From: an uncultured delta proteobacterium
GTDB taxonomy: Bacteria > Myxococcota > UBA727 > VGSZ01
Reading direction: 5' to 3'
DNA length: 64,000 nt
Assembly (NCBI GenBank): GCA_963775425.1
Contig: CAVZJB010000005.1
Coordinates: 384,001-448,000 of the forward strand
Positions 52,823-62,600 of the stretch are shown here, one piece after another; the first letter of the stretch is position 1; the number at the start of each line of letters is the position of its first letter. The position numbers and the translations under genes were made by a program. Under the pieces are notes generated by a model that saw only the letters and a program-made list of their open reading frames with translations, was not told the origin of the DNA and ran no database searches.

Positions 52823-54157
52823 TCATGGGTGAACGTCGCTCCGCGCGCGTGGAACGCGTGGAGCACCCCCGGTTTGAAGGGAGAGCGCCGGCGGCGCGGG
52901 CTGACGCCGCAACCGCTCGATCTCGTCGAGGCCGGCCTGCGCGCGATCGCGCACCGCGGGCGGGCCTTCGGCGCTCGCCGTACGCAGCAGCGGCGCCGCG
53001 CCGTCGAGATCGCCGCGCGCGATCATGCCCCAGCCCACGATGGCCGCCGCCTCGGGCGCGTGCATCGAGCGCGGGTAGCGCGCGAGGAACTGCGTGAGCG
53101 CGCGCGTGGAGCCCTCCTTGTCGCCGGCGCGTCCGAGGGCCACCGCCCGCCAGAACGACGCATCTTCGACGAGCTCGGGGCTGCCTTGCTTCAACGCCTT
53201 GTCGAAGGCCGACGCCGCCGCCGGAAAGTCGCCGGCGCGCAGCGCGTCCCAGCCGGCGCGGTACGCGGACTCGCCGAGGGCGCCCTTCGACGCGCCCGCG
53301 TCTCCGCCGCGCGCGACGACGGTTGCGTCGCCTGCATCGAGGCGAGGGGCCTCGACGTCAGGGGCGTCGACGTGCGCGGCGTCGACGTGCGCGGCGTCGA
53401 CGTGCGCGGCGTCGACGTGCGCGGGGGGCGCCGGCTCCGGGCTCTCGGCGGGGCGCGTCCAGCGCTGGCCGGCCACGAGCTCGACCGCCGGGGCGCCCGA
53501 GACGCGCACCTCGACGCGGCCGCGCAGCACGCGCACCGAGGAGAGGTGGTCGTCCAAGGCGGTGATGTCGAAGGCGGTGCCGCGCACCTCGACCTCGGCG
53601 TCGCCCGTCATCACGCGGAAGCGCTCGCCGGCGCCGAGGTGCGCGACCTCGACGGTGAGCGATCCGTCGACGAGCCGCACGATCTCGTCGGGCTGCGCGG
53701 ACACACGCGCGAACGACGCCTTGCCGAGCGCGTGCACGGTGCCGCGCTCGACCGGCGCCGGGGGCGTCACACGAGCGGGCGCAGCGACGCGAGCGGCGGC
53801 GGCCTCCTGCGCCGCGGGCGGCGCGTCGCCGGCGCGCAGCCACGCGAAGGCGACGGCGGCGCCCGCGACGACGACGATGGCGGCGGCCGCCGCGGCCGCG
53901 AGAGGCGCAGGCCGCCGTGGCGCACGCGCGAGGCGCGCGCGCGCGAGGAGCTCGGCGCGCGCGGCGTCGTGCGCCGCGGGCGTGACGGGGGCGGGGGCGG
54001 GGAGCGCGGCGGCGAGAGCGCGGAGGCTCTCGGCGGCCTGCCACGCGACGCGGCAGCGCGGGCAGCCGGCGAGGTGCTCCTCGAGCCACGGCTCGAGGCC
54101 GAGCGACGACTGGCGCGCGAGCTCGGTGGCCGGGGGGCACCCGCCGACAGGCGTCAT
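52823..54157 (-). CDS. anti-sigma factor: zf-HC2 + TM + FecR + TPR
   Basis: HLAGCPRC, one TM, VEVRGTAF..VLRGRVEV (FecR), C-terminal TPR (FLARYPRS); ATGA overlap with sigma. Confidence 0.85.
   Translation of the reverse strand: MTPVGGCPPATELARQSSLGLEPWLEEHLAGCPRCRVAWQAAESLRALAAALPAPAPVTPAAHDAARAELLARARLARAPRRPAPLAAAAAAAIVVVAGAAVAFAWLRAGDAPPAAQEAAAARVAAPARVTPPAPVERGTVHALGKASFARVSAQPDEIVRLVDGSLTVEVAHLGAGERFRVMTGDAEVEVRGTAFDITALDDHLSSVRVLRGRVEVRVSGAPAVELVAGQRWTRPAESPEPAPPAHVDAAHVDAAHVDAAHVDAPDVEAPRLDAGDATVVARGGDAGASKGALGESAYRAGWDALRAGDFPAAASAFDKALKQGSPELVEDASFWRAVALGRAGDKEGSTRALTQFLARYPRSMHAPEAAAIVGWGMIARGDLDGAAPLLRTASAEGPPAVRDRAQAGLDEIERLRRQPAPPALSLQTGGAPRVPRARSDVHP
53363..53422 (-). repeat. 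15-bp perfect tandem repeat x4 encoding (AHVDA)4
   Basis: GGCGTCGACGTGCGC x4 on the + strand. Confidence 0.9.
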
Positions 54158-54753
54158 CGAGCGCCTCCGCCGGCGGCGTCGACGTCGGCGCGCAGACGCT
54201 TGCGCGCCTCGTGCAAGCGCCGCCACACGGTCCCCGGGGGCACGCCGAGCGCGGTGGCGACGTCGACGCCGGAGATGCCCTCGACGTCGCACATCACGAA
54301 CGCGACGCGCTGGTCGTAGGGGAGGCGGGACACGGCCTGGGCGGCGTCCTGCAAGTGGCGACGGCGGGAGAGCACGGCGTCGACCGGCGCCGGCGCCGGC
54401 GGCTCCTCGCGCACGAACACCGACGTGAACAACCGCCGCCGCGCTTCGGCGCGCACGTGGTGGCGGACCACGTTGGCGGCGATGCCGAAGATCCACGTCT
54501 TGACCGCCGCGTGGCCGCGGAAGCCCCTGGCGGCCTTGAGCACCTCGAGGAAGGTGGTCTGGGTGAGGTCCTCGAGCTGGTGCGCGTCGGCGCCCGCGAG
54601 GCGGGACAGGAAGCGGCGCACGTCGTCATGGTAGCGATCGAACAGGACGCCGAGGCCGGCGGTGTCTCCGCGCGCGCACGCCTGCAGCAGCGCGCCGTCG
54701 TCCTGCTGCCGCACCTCGCCCTGGACGAGGGTGAGCTTCGGGGACGTCGTCAT
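54154..54753 (-). CDS. ECF-family RNA polymerase sigma factor
   Basis: EDLTQTTFL..F.G..TWIFGIA (region 2), LP..QRVAFV..EG..VATALGVPPGTVWRRLHEARKRL (region 4). Confidence 0.93.
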   Translation of the reverse strand: MTTSPKLTLVQGEVRQQDDGALLQACARGDTAGLGVLFDRYHDDVRRFLSRLAGADAHQLEDLTQTTFLEVLKAARGFRGHAAVKTWIFGIAANVVRHHVRAEARRRLFTSVFVREEPPAPAPVDAVLSRRRHLQDAAQAVSRLPYDQRVAFVMCDVEGISGVDVATALGVPPGTVWRRLHEARKRLRADVDAAGGGAR

Positions 54754-55721
54754 GGGCGCGCCCCCAACCCGACGCCGACGCGCACGAAGGCGAGCGGCTG
54801 GCCGGCGAAGGTCTCGCCCTGCTCCTCATACGTGTTGGTGTGCGCGAGCAGCGCGACGTCCGCGCTGGTGCTCACGGAGACGAGGAGGTTTTCGCCCACG
54901 GGGATGTCGAGCGTGACGCGCCCGAGGGCACGCATGCCGAACGCGTCGATGTCGACGTCGTGCTCGTGGGGCTCGGACCACACCGGGGAGTTCCTGCTCT
55001 GCAGCCAGCCGACGCCGACGCCGACGCCGGGCCGCAGGACGAGGCCGCCGACGTCGAGGGCGAGGTCGCCGACGGCGTAGCCGTCGATGCCGACGCGGCC
55101 GGTGTCCTCGTCGGCGGAGGCTCCGGTGACGCTGGTGTCCAGGGAGGCGCGGCCGAGGAAGCCACCGCAGGCGAGTCCGAGCTTCATGCAGCCGTCTACG
55201 GCGATGGATGGCCATAGCGATCCGTCGGTTCCGAGCCCGACCTCGGCGGCCGCGCCGAGCAGTGTGCCAGCCGACGCGGCCAGCGCCGGCGCCGGCGGGA
55301 CGACGGCGACCGCCGCCGGAGGGACCCCGGCGCGCTCGAAGCGCGGCGGCGCGTCCGCCGCCACCGCGCCGCCATCGGCGTGCGCCGCCGGGGCGAGCAG
55401 CGGGTCGATGAGGTCCGTGCGCGACCAGGACTCGATGACGGCGGCGGCGGTGGCGACGTCGTGGACCCGGCGCTCGACGTCCTTGCCCGTGGGGAAGTGA
55501 CCGCGCAGCACCGTGGTGTCCTCGTCGACGCGGACGTCGACGTCGATCACGGGGCAGGGCCCGTCGCCGGCGGCGAGCACCACGCCGCGCTGCTGGAGGG
55601 CCCGCGCGAGATCGCCCACGTCGTCGCCGGCCGCGCTCGTCACGCGCACGGCGGCGACGCAGGGCGCCTCCGCGGCGTCGGCGGCGGTGGTCAGCAGGGC
55701 GAGGAGGAGAAGATCCGTCAT
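54750..55721 (-). CDS. hypothetical outer-membrane protein (first gene of the ECF operon)
   Basis: Signal peptide, N-terminal domain, Ala/Pro linker, C-terminal beta strands; ATGA overlap with sigma. Confidence 0.6.
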   Translation of the reverse strand: MTDLLLLALLTTAADAAEAPCVAAVRVTSAAGDDVGDLARALQQRGVVLAAGDGPCPVIDVDVRVDEDTTVLRGHFPTGKDVERRVHDVATAAAVIESWSRTDLIDPLLAPAAHADGGAVAADAPPRFERAGVPPAAVAVVPPAPALAASAGTLLGAAAEVGLGTDGSLWPSIAVDGCMKLGLACGGFLGRASLDTSVTGASADEDTGRVGIDGYAVGDLALDVGGLVLRPGVGVGVGWLQSRNSPVWSEPHEHDVDIDAFGMRALGRVTLDIPVGENLLVSVSTSADVALLAHTNTYEEQGETFAGQPLAFVRVGVGLGARP

Positions 55722-55888
55722 CGGGTCGTCGTGGCCGCTCAGGTCTCTCAGGTCTCTCGTTGGTGCCCGCACGCGGCTGATCCTTCGCAAGACAGGCGAA
55801 AAAAGCGCCTGAAAATCGACCGCGAAGGATCAGCGGGCGGCGGGCACCAACCGCGTGTGTTCGGCAATGTGCCGACCGTGGAGGCCCC

Positions 55889-56386
55889 GTGCAATCTGCC
55901 CCACCCCCGTCCGACGACGACGCCCCGCGCCGCGCCACCCGGCGCACGTTCCTGAAGGTCGTCGGCGTCGGCGCCGGCGTCGTCTGCGCCGGCGCGTGCA
56001 TCGTCCCGTACAGCCCGGGCAGCCCCGGGGGCGGCCCGCTCACGGCAGCCGACGTCCCCGACGGGCTCTCGTTCCTCGGCGACGGCTCACCCGTCATCAT
56101 CGGCAAGGACGCCGGCGGGCTCTACGCGATGACGTCGATCTGCACGCACCAGGGCTGCGACATGAGCAGCTCCGGCGCCGTCTCCGCCTCCGAGGTCGAC
56201 TGCTTCTGCCACGGCGCCGCCTACGACGCCAACGGCTCCCCCATCGGTGGCCCCGCGCGCGGCCCGCTGCAGCACTGGCAGCTCGTCGTCGAGGCCGACG
56301 GCACGCTCACCGTGAACGTCGGCACCCCGGTGAGCTCCTCCACGCGCGTCCCCGCCGACGTCGGCCCGCCCGACGCGGGCGCCTGA
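55889..56386 (+). CDS. Rieske [2Fe-2S] protein with Tat signal
   Basis: RRTFLK; CTHQGC and CFCHG boxes; GPARGPL. Confidence 0.88.
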   Translation: MQSAPPPSDDDAPRRATRRTFLKVVGVGAGVVCAGACIVPYSPGSPGGGPLTAADVPDGLSFLGDGSPVIIGKDAGGLYAMTSICTHQGCDMSSSGAVSASEVDCFCHGAAYDANGSPIGGPARGPLQHWQLVVEADGTLTVNVGTPVSSSTRVPADVGPPDAGA

Positions 56387-56388
56387 GC

Positions 56389-57783
56389 CTACGGGGACAG
56401 GGCGCGCGCGGCCTTGTCGAGCTCCGCCGGCGAGAGGTCGCGGAACAGGCGCGGCGGCATATGACGCCGATCCTCGGGCGGCAGCTTCATCCGGGCGACG
56501 GCGACGGCGCGCTCGGCGTCGTCGAGCGAGTCGATGCTCAGGGCGTCGAAGCGCGCGCGAGACAGCGTCTGGTCCAGGCGCGGGTTGTGACACTGGGCGC
56601 ACGCGTGCGCGAGGATGCCGCGCCCGTCGAGGCCGGGCTTCGGGCGATGCGACATGCCGGCGAGCGCGCTGTCGGCGAAGACGCGGCGGATGTCGGGGAT
56701 GTCGTCGGCGTCGCCGTTTCGAAACGCCACGAACGCGGCGGTGGCGCCGGCGAGCTTGCCGGCGTCGGTGACCTTGGCGTCGTGGTACGGCGGCGGGATG
56801 GCCTCGCCGCGCACGGCGGCGTCGTAGACCACGTCCCACGAGGGGCTCACGCCGGGGACGGAGTTGTCGCGCGGCTGGCCCGGCGCCGTCGCCTGCACCT
56901 CCGCTTCGACGACGGGCGCGTCGAACACGTTCGGCTGCTCACTGTTCGAGAAGCGCACGAGGTCCTCGACGACGACGGGGTTGGTCTGCGTCACGAATTC
57001 CCCCGGGATGCCCGCGACGCTCGCGTGGTGGCCGTGGGCGGCCACGGTGTCGTCGAGGAGCACGCGGCCGGAGAGCGTGAACGCCGCCTCCCAGTGCGTC
57101 CACGGGTTCTCGGGCTCCTGCATGCGGTAGATGCGCGGTGTCCCCGGCCCGTTCGGCTGGTGGCACTCGAGGCAGTCGACGACGGTGTCCTTGAGGTCCT
57201 CGTCGTCGTAGAGCGACCAACCCGTCCAGCCGCTCTCGGTGCGCTCGGTGAGCAGATCCTTGAAGGCGCAGGCGTCACCGCAGGGGAGGTCGTAGCGCAG
57301 CAGATAGAACGCGACGTCGCCGCCCGGCGGCGTGACGGCGACCTCCACGAAGCGGTCGCCGCGCGCGAAGGCGAGCGCGAGGACGTTCCCATCCGTGCGC
57401 AGCCGGTTCGGCGGGCCGTTCAGGTTCGCGGGGTGTGAAGGCAACGACACGATCACCGAGCCCGGGTTGATGGACGACACCGATCGCGACGGCAGCGCGG
57501 AGGAGTGCGCCACGAGCGAAAAGCCCGGCAGCACCTCGCCGTCGAAGGCCACGGACAGCATCGCTTGCAGCTCCGCGATGGACGACAGCTGCGGCGGGTC
57601 TTCGCCGCAGAAGGCGCGCGTGACGGCGTTGTCGCGGCCGCGCTCACACAACGCGCGGCGCTGCGCTTCGTGCGTAGGGAGCCCCGACAGGACGTCGGCG
57701 TCGACGTCGGGCTCGGGCGGCGCGCACGACGCGACGAGCAGGAGCGCGAGCGCGGTGCAGCCCGGGGCCGGACGGTGGCGCAT
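56389..57783 (-). CDS. putative diheme cytochrome c lipoprotein
   Basis: LVASC lipobox from ATG 57783; CLECH and CAQCH motifs; C-terminal MPP (possible axial Met). Confidence 0.72.
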   Translation of the reverse strand: MRHRPAPGCTALALLLVASCAPPEPDVDADVLSGLPTHEAQRRALCERGRDNAVTRAFCGEDPPQLSSIAELQAMLSVAFDGEVLPGFSLVAHSSALPSRSVSSINPGSVIVSLPSHPANLNGPPNRLRTDGNVLALAFARGDRFVEVAVTPPGGDVAFYLLRYDLPCGDACAFKDLLTERTESGWTGWSLYDDEDLKDTVVDCLECHQPNGPGTPRIYRMQEPENPWTHWEAAFTLSGRVLLDDTVAAHGHHASVAGIPGEFVTQTNPVVVEDLVRFSNSEQPNVFDAPVVEAEVQATAPGQPRDNSVPGVSPSWDVVYDAAVRGEAIPPPYHDAKVTDAGKLAGATAAFVAFRNGDADDIPDIRRVFADSALAGMSHRPKPGLDGRGILAHACAQCHNPRLDQTLSRARFDALSIDSLDDAERAVAVARMKLPPEDRRHMPPRLFRDLSPAELDKAARALSP

Positions 57784-57881
57784 CCCGGGATTGTCGAGAT
57801 CGCACGCGGCGACCGCAAGCACGCGCTGCTCTCTTGCGGCCGCGTCGATGCATGCACGCACGCGCGGGCGCGTCGCCGCCC

Positions 57882-59345
57882 TTACCGGGCGAGCGGGCGG
57901 GCGCGACCGTTCGGGGGCGTCAGGAGCGCGACGTCGTCGGCGCGCGCGCTCGGCGGGGGAGCGAGCGGGAGCGTCACGGTGAACGTCGATCCGCGGTCCT
58001 CGACCGACGTCACCGAGGCCGAGCCGCCGTAGGCCTCGACCACGCGGCGCACGGTCGCGAGCCCGATGCCGGCGCCGCCGACGGTGACGCCGGGCCCGCG
58101 ATAGAACGGCTCGAACACGTGCTCGCGCACCGCGGGCGCGATGCCGGGGCCGCTGTCGTCGACCTCGAGGCGACAGACGCCGGCGGCCGCGCGCGCGGTG
58201 ATACGCAGGCGGCGCTCGGGGCGGCCGTCGAGGAACTTGAGCGCGTTGCCCACGAGGTTCGCCACCACGACATGCACGAGCGCCGGCGAGCACGCGACCG
58301 TGAGCCCGGGATCGACGTCGAGCTCCAGCGACGGTTGAATCCTCTCGATCTGGGGCGCGAGGTCTTCGAGCACGCCGTCGAGCTCCGCGCTCGGCGAGGC
58401 GCGCTCCCCGTCGCCGCGGCGGGCGCCGGCGCGGGCGAAGGCGAGCAGGCCCTCGAGCACGTCCACGGTGCGGCGCGTGGCGCGATCGATGCGCCCGGCC
58501 GCCGCCGCCCGCGCCTCCGGCGTGGCGCCCGGGCGCAAGAGGAGCGGCGTGGACAGGCCGATGGGCGCGACGATGTTCTTCAGGTCGTGGGCGACGCGAC
58601 CGGCGAACGCTTCGAGGTCGCGGTTGGCGTTTTCGACGAGCTCGAGGTGAGCCGCCGTCTGACGTCGCTGGCGTCGCATGAGCACGACGAGGGAGACGCC
58701 GATGGCGAGCGTGGCGATGAACAGCGCGACGAACGACAGCACCTGCGCCATGCGCACGGAGGCCATGTCGTCCTCGGAGCGGGACAGGGCGCCGGTGCTC
58801 GAGCGGTGCGTGGCGAGCTCGAGTCGTCCGAGATCGCGCGACACGTGCTCGTGTTCGGTCTCCGCCGCGTCGAGGAGCGCCTCGGCGTCGTCGGGGTGGT
58901 CGTCGATGCGAAGCTGCAACGCGTGATCGAGCGTCGCGCGGAAGTTGCGGATGTCCGCATCGGCCACCTGCCACGCGCGCATCGACTCGCCGGGTGCGAG
59001 CAGGCCGGGGAGCTCGGCGAGCTCGCTGTCGAGGAGCGCGCGCTGCTGCACCATGGCGGCGACGATGGGCGTGAGGGTGCGCCCGCTCTCCGTGGTGGTG
59101 TCGAGGGTCTCGGCCCACAACAGGGTGATCAGCTCGCCGACGTTGCCGACGAGATAAGCCGAGCGCTCCGCCTGTCGATCGACGACGGCGTCGGCGAGCT
59201 CGACGCGGCGGATCTGCAGCGCGGACATGCCGGCGACGCCGGCGATGAGGATGAGCACGCCGGTGAGCCCGGCCGAGAGGAGCCATGGGCCGGAGAGGCC
59301 GCGAACGGCGGCCGGGCGCGGCCGCGTTCCATCGGAGCGCTGCAT
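57882..59345 (-). CDS. sensor histidine kinase (2 TM, four-helix periplasmic domain)
   Basis: VAHDLKN H-box, NLVGNALKF, DDSGPGI, FEPFYR, GAGIGLA. Confidence 0.92.
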   Translation of the reverse strand: MQRSDGTRPRPAAVRGLSGPWLLSAGLTGVLILIAGVAGMSALQIRRVELADAVVDRQAERSAYLVGNVGELITLLWAETLDTTTESGRTLTPIVAAMVQQRALLDSELAELPGLLAPGESMRAWQVADADIRNFRATLDHALQLRIDDHPDDAEALLDAAETEHEHVSRDLGRLELATHRSSTGALSRSEDDMASVRMAQVLSFVALFIATLAIGVSLVVLMRRQRRQTAAHLELVENANRDLEAFAGRVAHDLKNIVAPIGLSTPLLLRPGATPEARAAAAGRIDRATRRTVDVLEGLLAFARAGARRGDGERASPSAELDGVLEDLAPQIERIQPSLELDVDPGLTVACSPALVHVVVANLVGNALKFLDGRPERRLRITARAAAGVCRLEVDDSGPGIAPAVREHVFEPFYRGPGVTVGGAGIGLATVRRVVEAYGGSASVTSVEDRGSTFTVTLPLAPPPSARADDVALLTPPNGRARPLAR

Positions 59346-59479
59346 CCGTCCAACCTGACATCTCGTTCGTGCGCGCGCACCTGACGACGGCGGATACGAC
59401 GGCGCGGGGTGCAACGCCGCAGGGGCGCAACGCCCGCGGGCGGAGCACCGTGAGCGCGGTGGCCGTGTGAAAGCGCGCG

Positions 59480-59546
59480 ATCAGCGAGCGGAGGGAGCGG
59501 CCGCGCTTCATCAGCGAGCGGAGGGAGCGGCTGCGCTGGATCAGCG
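59480..59546. repeat. 30-bp tandem repeat, about 2.2 copies, in divergent intergenic region
   Basis: ATCAGCGAGCGGAGGGAGCGGC(C/T)GCGCT.. at 59480 and 59510, partial at 59540. Confidence 0.8.
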
Positions 59547-59663
59547 CTCATGGCGTGCGTTCGATCACGTCATTTCCGCGACGGGGCTCACACGTGGTCA
59601 CCGGGGGGGTGTGCCGCACAGCGTCGAGGCGATACGGGTACCCGCCGTTTCACCGAGGTCCCC

Positions 59664-62600
59664 ATGCGCGCCATCCGCCTCTCGCCGGTGCTCCCCCGTC
59701 TCTTCGCCGTGCCCGCCCTCGCGGCGCTGTTCGCGATCGGCTGCCAGCCCGAGGGCTTCTACCCGAAGAACGACGTCAAGCGCCCGCCGGCCGGTGACTG
59801 CAGCGCCGACGTCCCCGACGGCGTCTGCCCCGACGGGCAAACCTGCCGCGCCGGCGCCTGCCTCGACGACGCGCTCTTCTGCAGCGCCGACGTCCCCACC
59901 GGCGTGTGCGCGTCCACCGACGAGACCTGCCTCGACGGGGCGTGCGTCCCCACCGCCGATCTGTGCTCCGATCAGAACCCCGACGGACAGTGCGCCACCG
60001 ACCTCGCTTGCCACGGCGGCGTCTGCGCCACCGACGCGCCCTGCGCCGCCGACGAGCCGCTCGGCTTTTGCGACACAGGCCTGGCCTGCCTCGACGGCAC
60101 CTGCGTCGATCGCGCCACGCTGTGCAGCGCCACCAACACGAGCGGTGACTGCCGGCAGGACACGGCGTGCGTCGACGGCACCTGCGTCGACGGCGCGCTG
60201 TTGTGCTCACCCGCCAACGCGAACGGGCTGTGCGCGCAGGGCGAGAGCTGCGTCGGCGGCGGCTGCCGCACACCCGACGAGCTGTGCTCCAACGACAACC
60301 CCACCGGCGCGTGCGACGCGGGGCTCGCGTGCGTCGACGGCGCGTGTGTCGACGCGTCGCAGGCCTGCGGCTGCACCGCCACGCAGACGTGCATCGACGG
60401 CATCTGCCGCGATCCCGCGCAACTGTGCTCGACGGACAACCCCACCGGCGTCTGTGAAAACGGCGCGTCCTGCGTCGCCGGCAACTGCGAGGACCTCGGC
60501 GCGGCGTGCTCGCCGCAGAACCTCACCGGGGTCTGCCCGCCCGGCGAGCTGTGCGAGAGCGGCGCGTGCAACGCGCTCGACGGCACCGCGCTGTGCGACG
60601 ACAACAACGAGTGCACCGACGACGCCTTCGATCCCGTGCGCAACCGGTGCGTGAACACGCCGCGCGACGGCTCCTGCGACGACGGCAACGCGTGCACCAC
60701 CAACCAGTGCGTCGACGGCCAGTGCACGGGTACCCCGGTGTCCGGTTGCATCGAGCCGCCCGTCATCGACCCCGTCGTGTCGCCCACCAACGTCGGGGAG
60801 CTCGCGCTGTCGGGCACCAAGCCCGCGGGCGCGTCGGTGCAGGTGAACGGCCTCGAGGCGGTCCCCGAAAACCCCGACACCACGTGGTCGGTGACGGTGA
60901 ACCTCACGCCCGGCGACAACGCCTTCCAGATCAAGAGCATCAACGGCGCCACCGAGTCCGCGGTGCGCGAGCTGCATGTCGTCTACGACATCACGCCGCC
61001 GGTCACGCGCGTGACTCCGGACGGCGGCTCCTTCCTCTCCGGCGTCACCGCCACGCTCGCGGCCAGCGAGCCCGCCACGGTGTTCTTCACCACGGACGGC
61101 TCCGATCCCGACGACACGTCGGCGTCGTTTTCGTCGGAGAAGCGCCTGCGCGTCTTCTCGGACACGCACCTGCGGCTGCGCGCGCGCGACCTCGCGGGCA
61201 ACCTCGAGGAGCAGATCGTCGACGTCGCGTTCTCCGTCACCGGCCGCGGCACCGCGTGGCAGGACGGGCCCACGCTCGCCGCCGGGCTCTCGCTCGCCGG
61301 CGCCACCACCACCGGCCCCGACGTCTTCATCGCCGGCGGCACCTCCGGTCTCGCGCCGCAGGCGGGCGCGTACTCGTACAGCATCGCCGACGACACCTTC
61401 ACCACGCTGCCGTCCATGTCCGGCGCGCGCGACTCGCTCGCGCTCGTGGCGGTGGGCAACGACGTCTATGCCATCGGCGGTGAGAACGCGGGCACGCCGC
61501 TCAACCGCGTGGAGCTCCTCGCGGACGGCGCCTCGTCCTGGGTGCAGAGGGCGGCCATGCCGTCCACGCGCCACAGCCTGGCGGCGGTGGCGGTCGGCAC
61601 CAAGATCTACGTGTTCGGCGGCAAGACCAACGGCGGCGCCGTCCTCGACAACGTCGAGGTCTACGACATCGCGGGCGACAGTTGGAGCAACGCCGTGGCG
61701 CAGATGCCGCGGCCGCGGGCGGGCTTCGGCGCCGTCGTCATCGACGGCCTCGTCTACCTCGTCGGCGGCGAGGCCGCAGACGGCAGCCGCGTCACCGACC
61801 TCGACGTCTACAACCCCGACAACGACTCCTGGAGCACGCGCGCGCCCTTGCCGACGGGCCGCAGCTACCTCGGCGTCACCGCCGCGTTGAACCGCGGCGC
61901 CATCACGAGCGGTGAGAGGGCCATCTCGGCGGCGGGTGGGCTCCTCGTCGGTGACGCGCCCACGGCCGTCGTCGAGGAGTACATCATCGACGAGGACGTC
62001 TGGCGCCCGCGCGCCCCGCTGCCCGCGCCGCGCCACAGCGCCGCGTCGGTCACCGTGGTCACCAGCGGCGGCCTCGACAGCGAAGAGGGAGAGGGGTGGC
62101 TCATCGGCGGCCAGGAAGGCTCCAACGTCGTCGCCACCACGCGTGCCCTGCGCACCGATCTCGACTACGCCCGCGCGCTGCCGGATTTGCCGGCCGCGCG
62201 CTTCCTCCACGTCGCGGCCGCGCTGGACGACCGCATCTACCTGTTCGGCGGCCGCAACTTCACCGAGGAGACAGGCGCCTACGCGTTCGATCCGGAGACG
62301 GGCACCTACGAGGAGCTGCCGCCGTTGCCGTCGGTGCAAAACGGCCCGGGCGGCGTCGCCGTCGGCGGTCGCGTGTACGCCTTCGGCGGCGCCAACGAGT
62401 TCGCCAACGCGGTCCCCACCACCCGCGCGTACGACCCCGCGCTGCACCAGTGGGTGGAGCTGTCGCCGATGACCAGCGCCCGCCGCGACGTCGCGGTCAC
62501 CGCCGTCGGCAACGACGTGTACGTCATCGGCGGCGAAAACGGCGGCGCGCTGCAGACCGTGGAGATCTACGACGTCGCCACCGACCAGTGGCGCACGGGC

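Noticed and set aside
57784-59511. 1040-aa ORF 56389..59511 as one protein
   Set aside because: Its first ~575 aa overlap the histidine kinase in another frame and are low-complexity; the lipoprotein signal starts at 57783.
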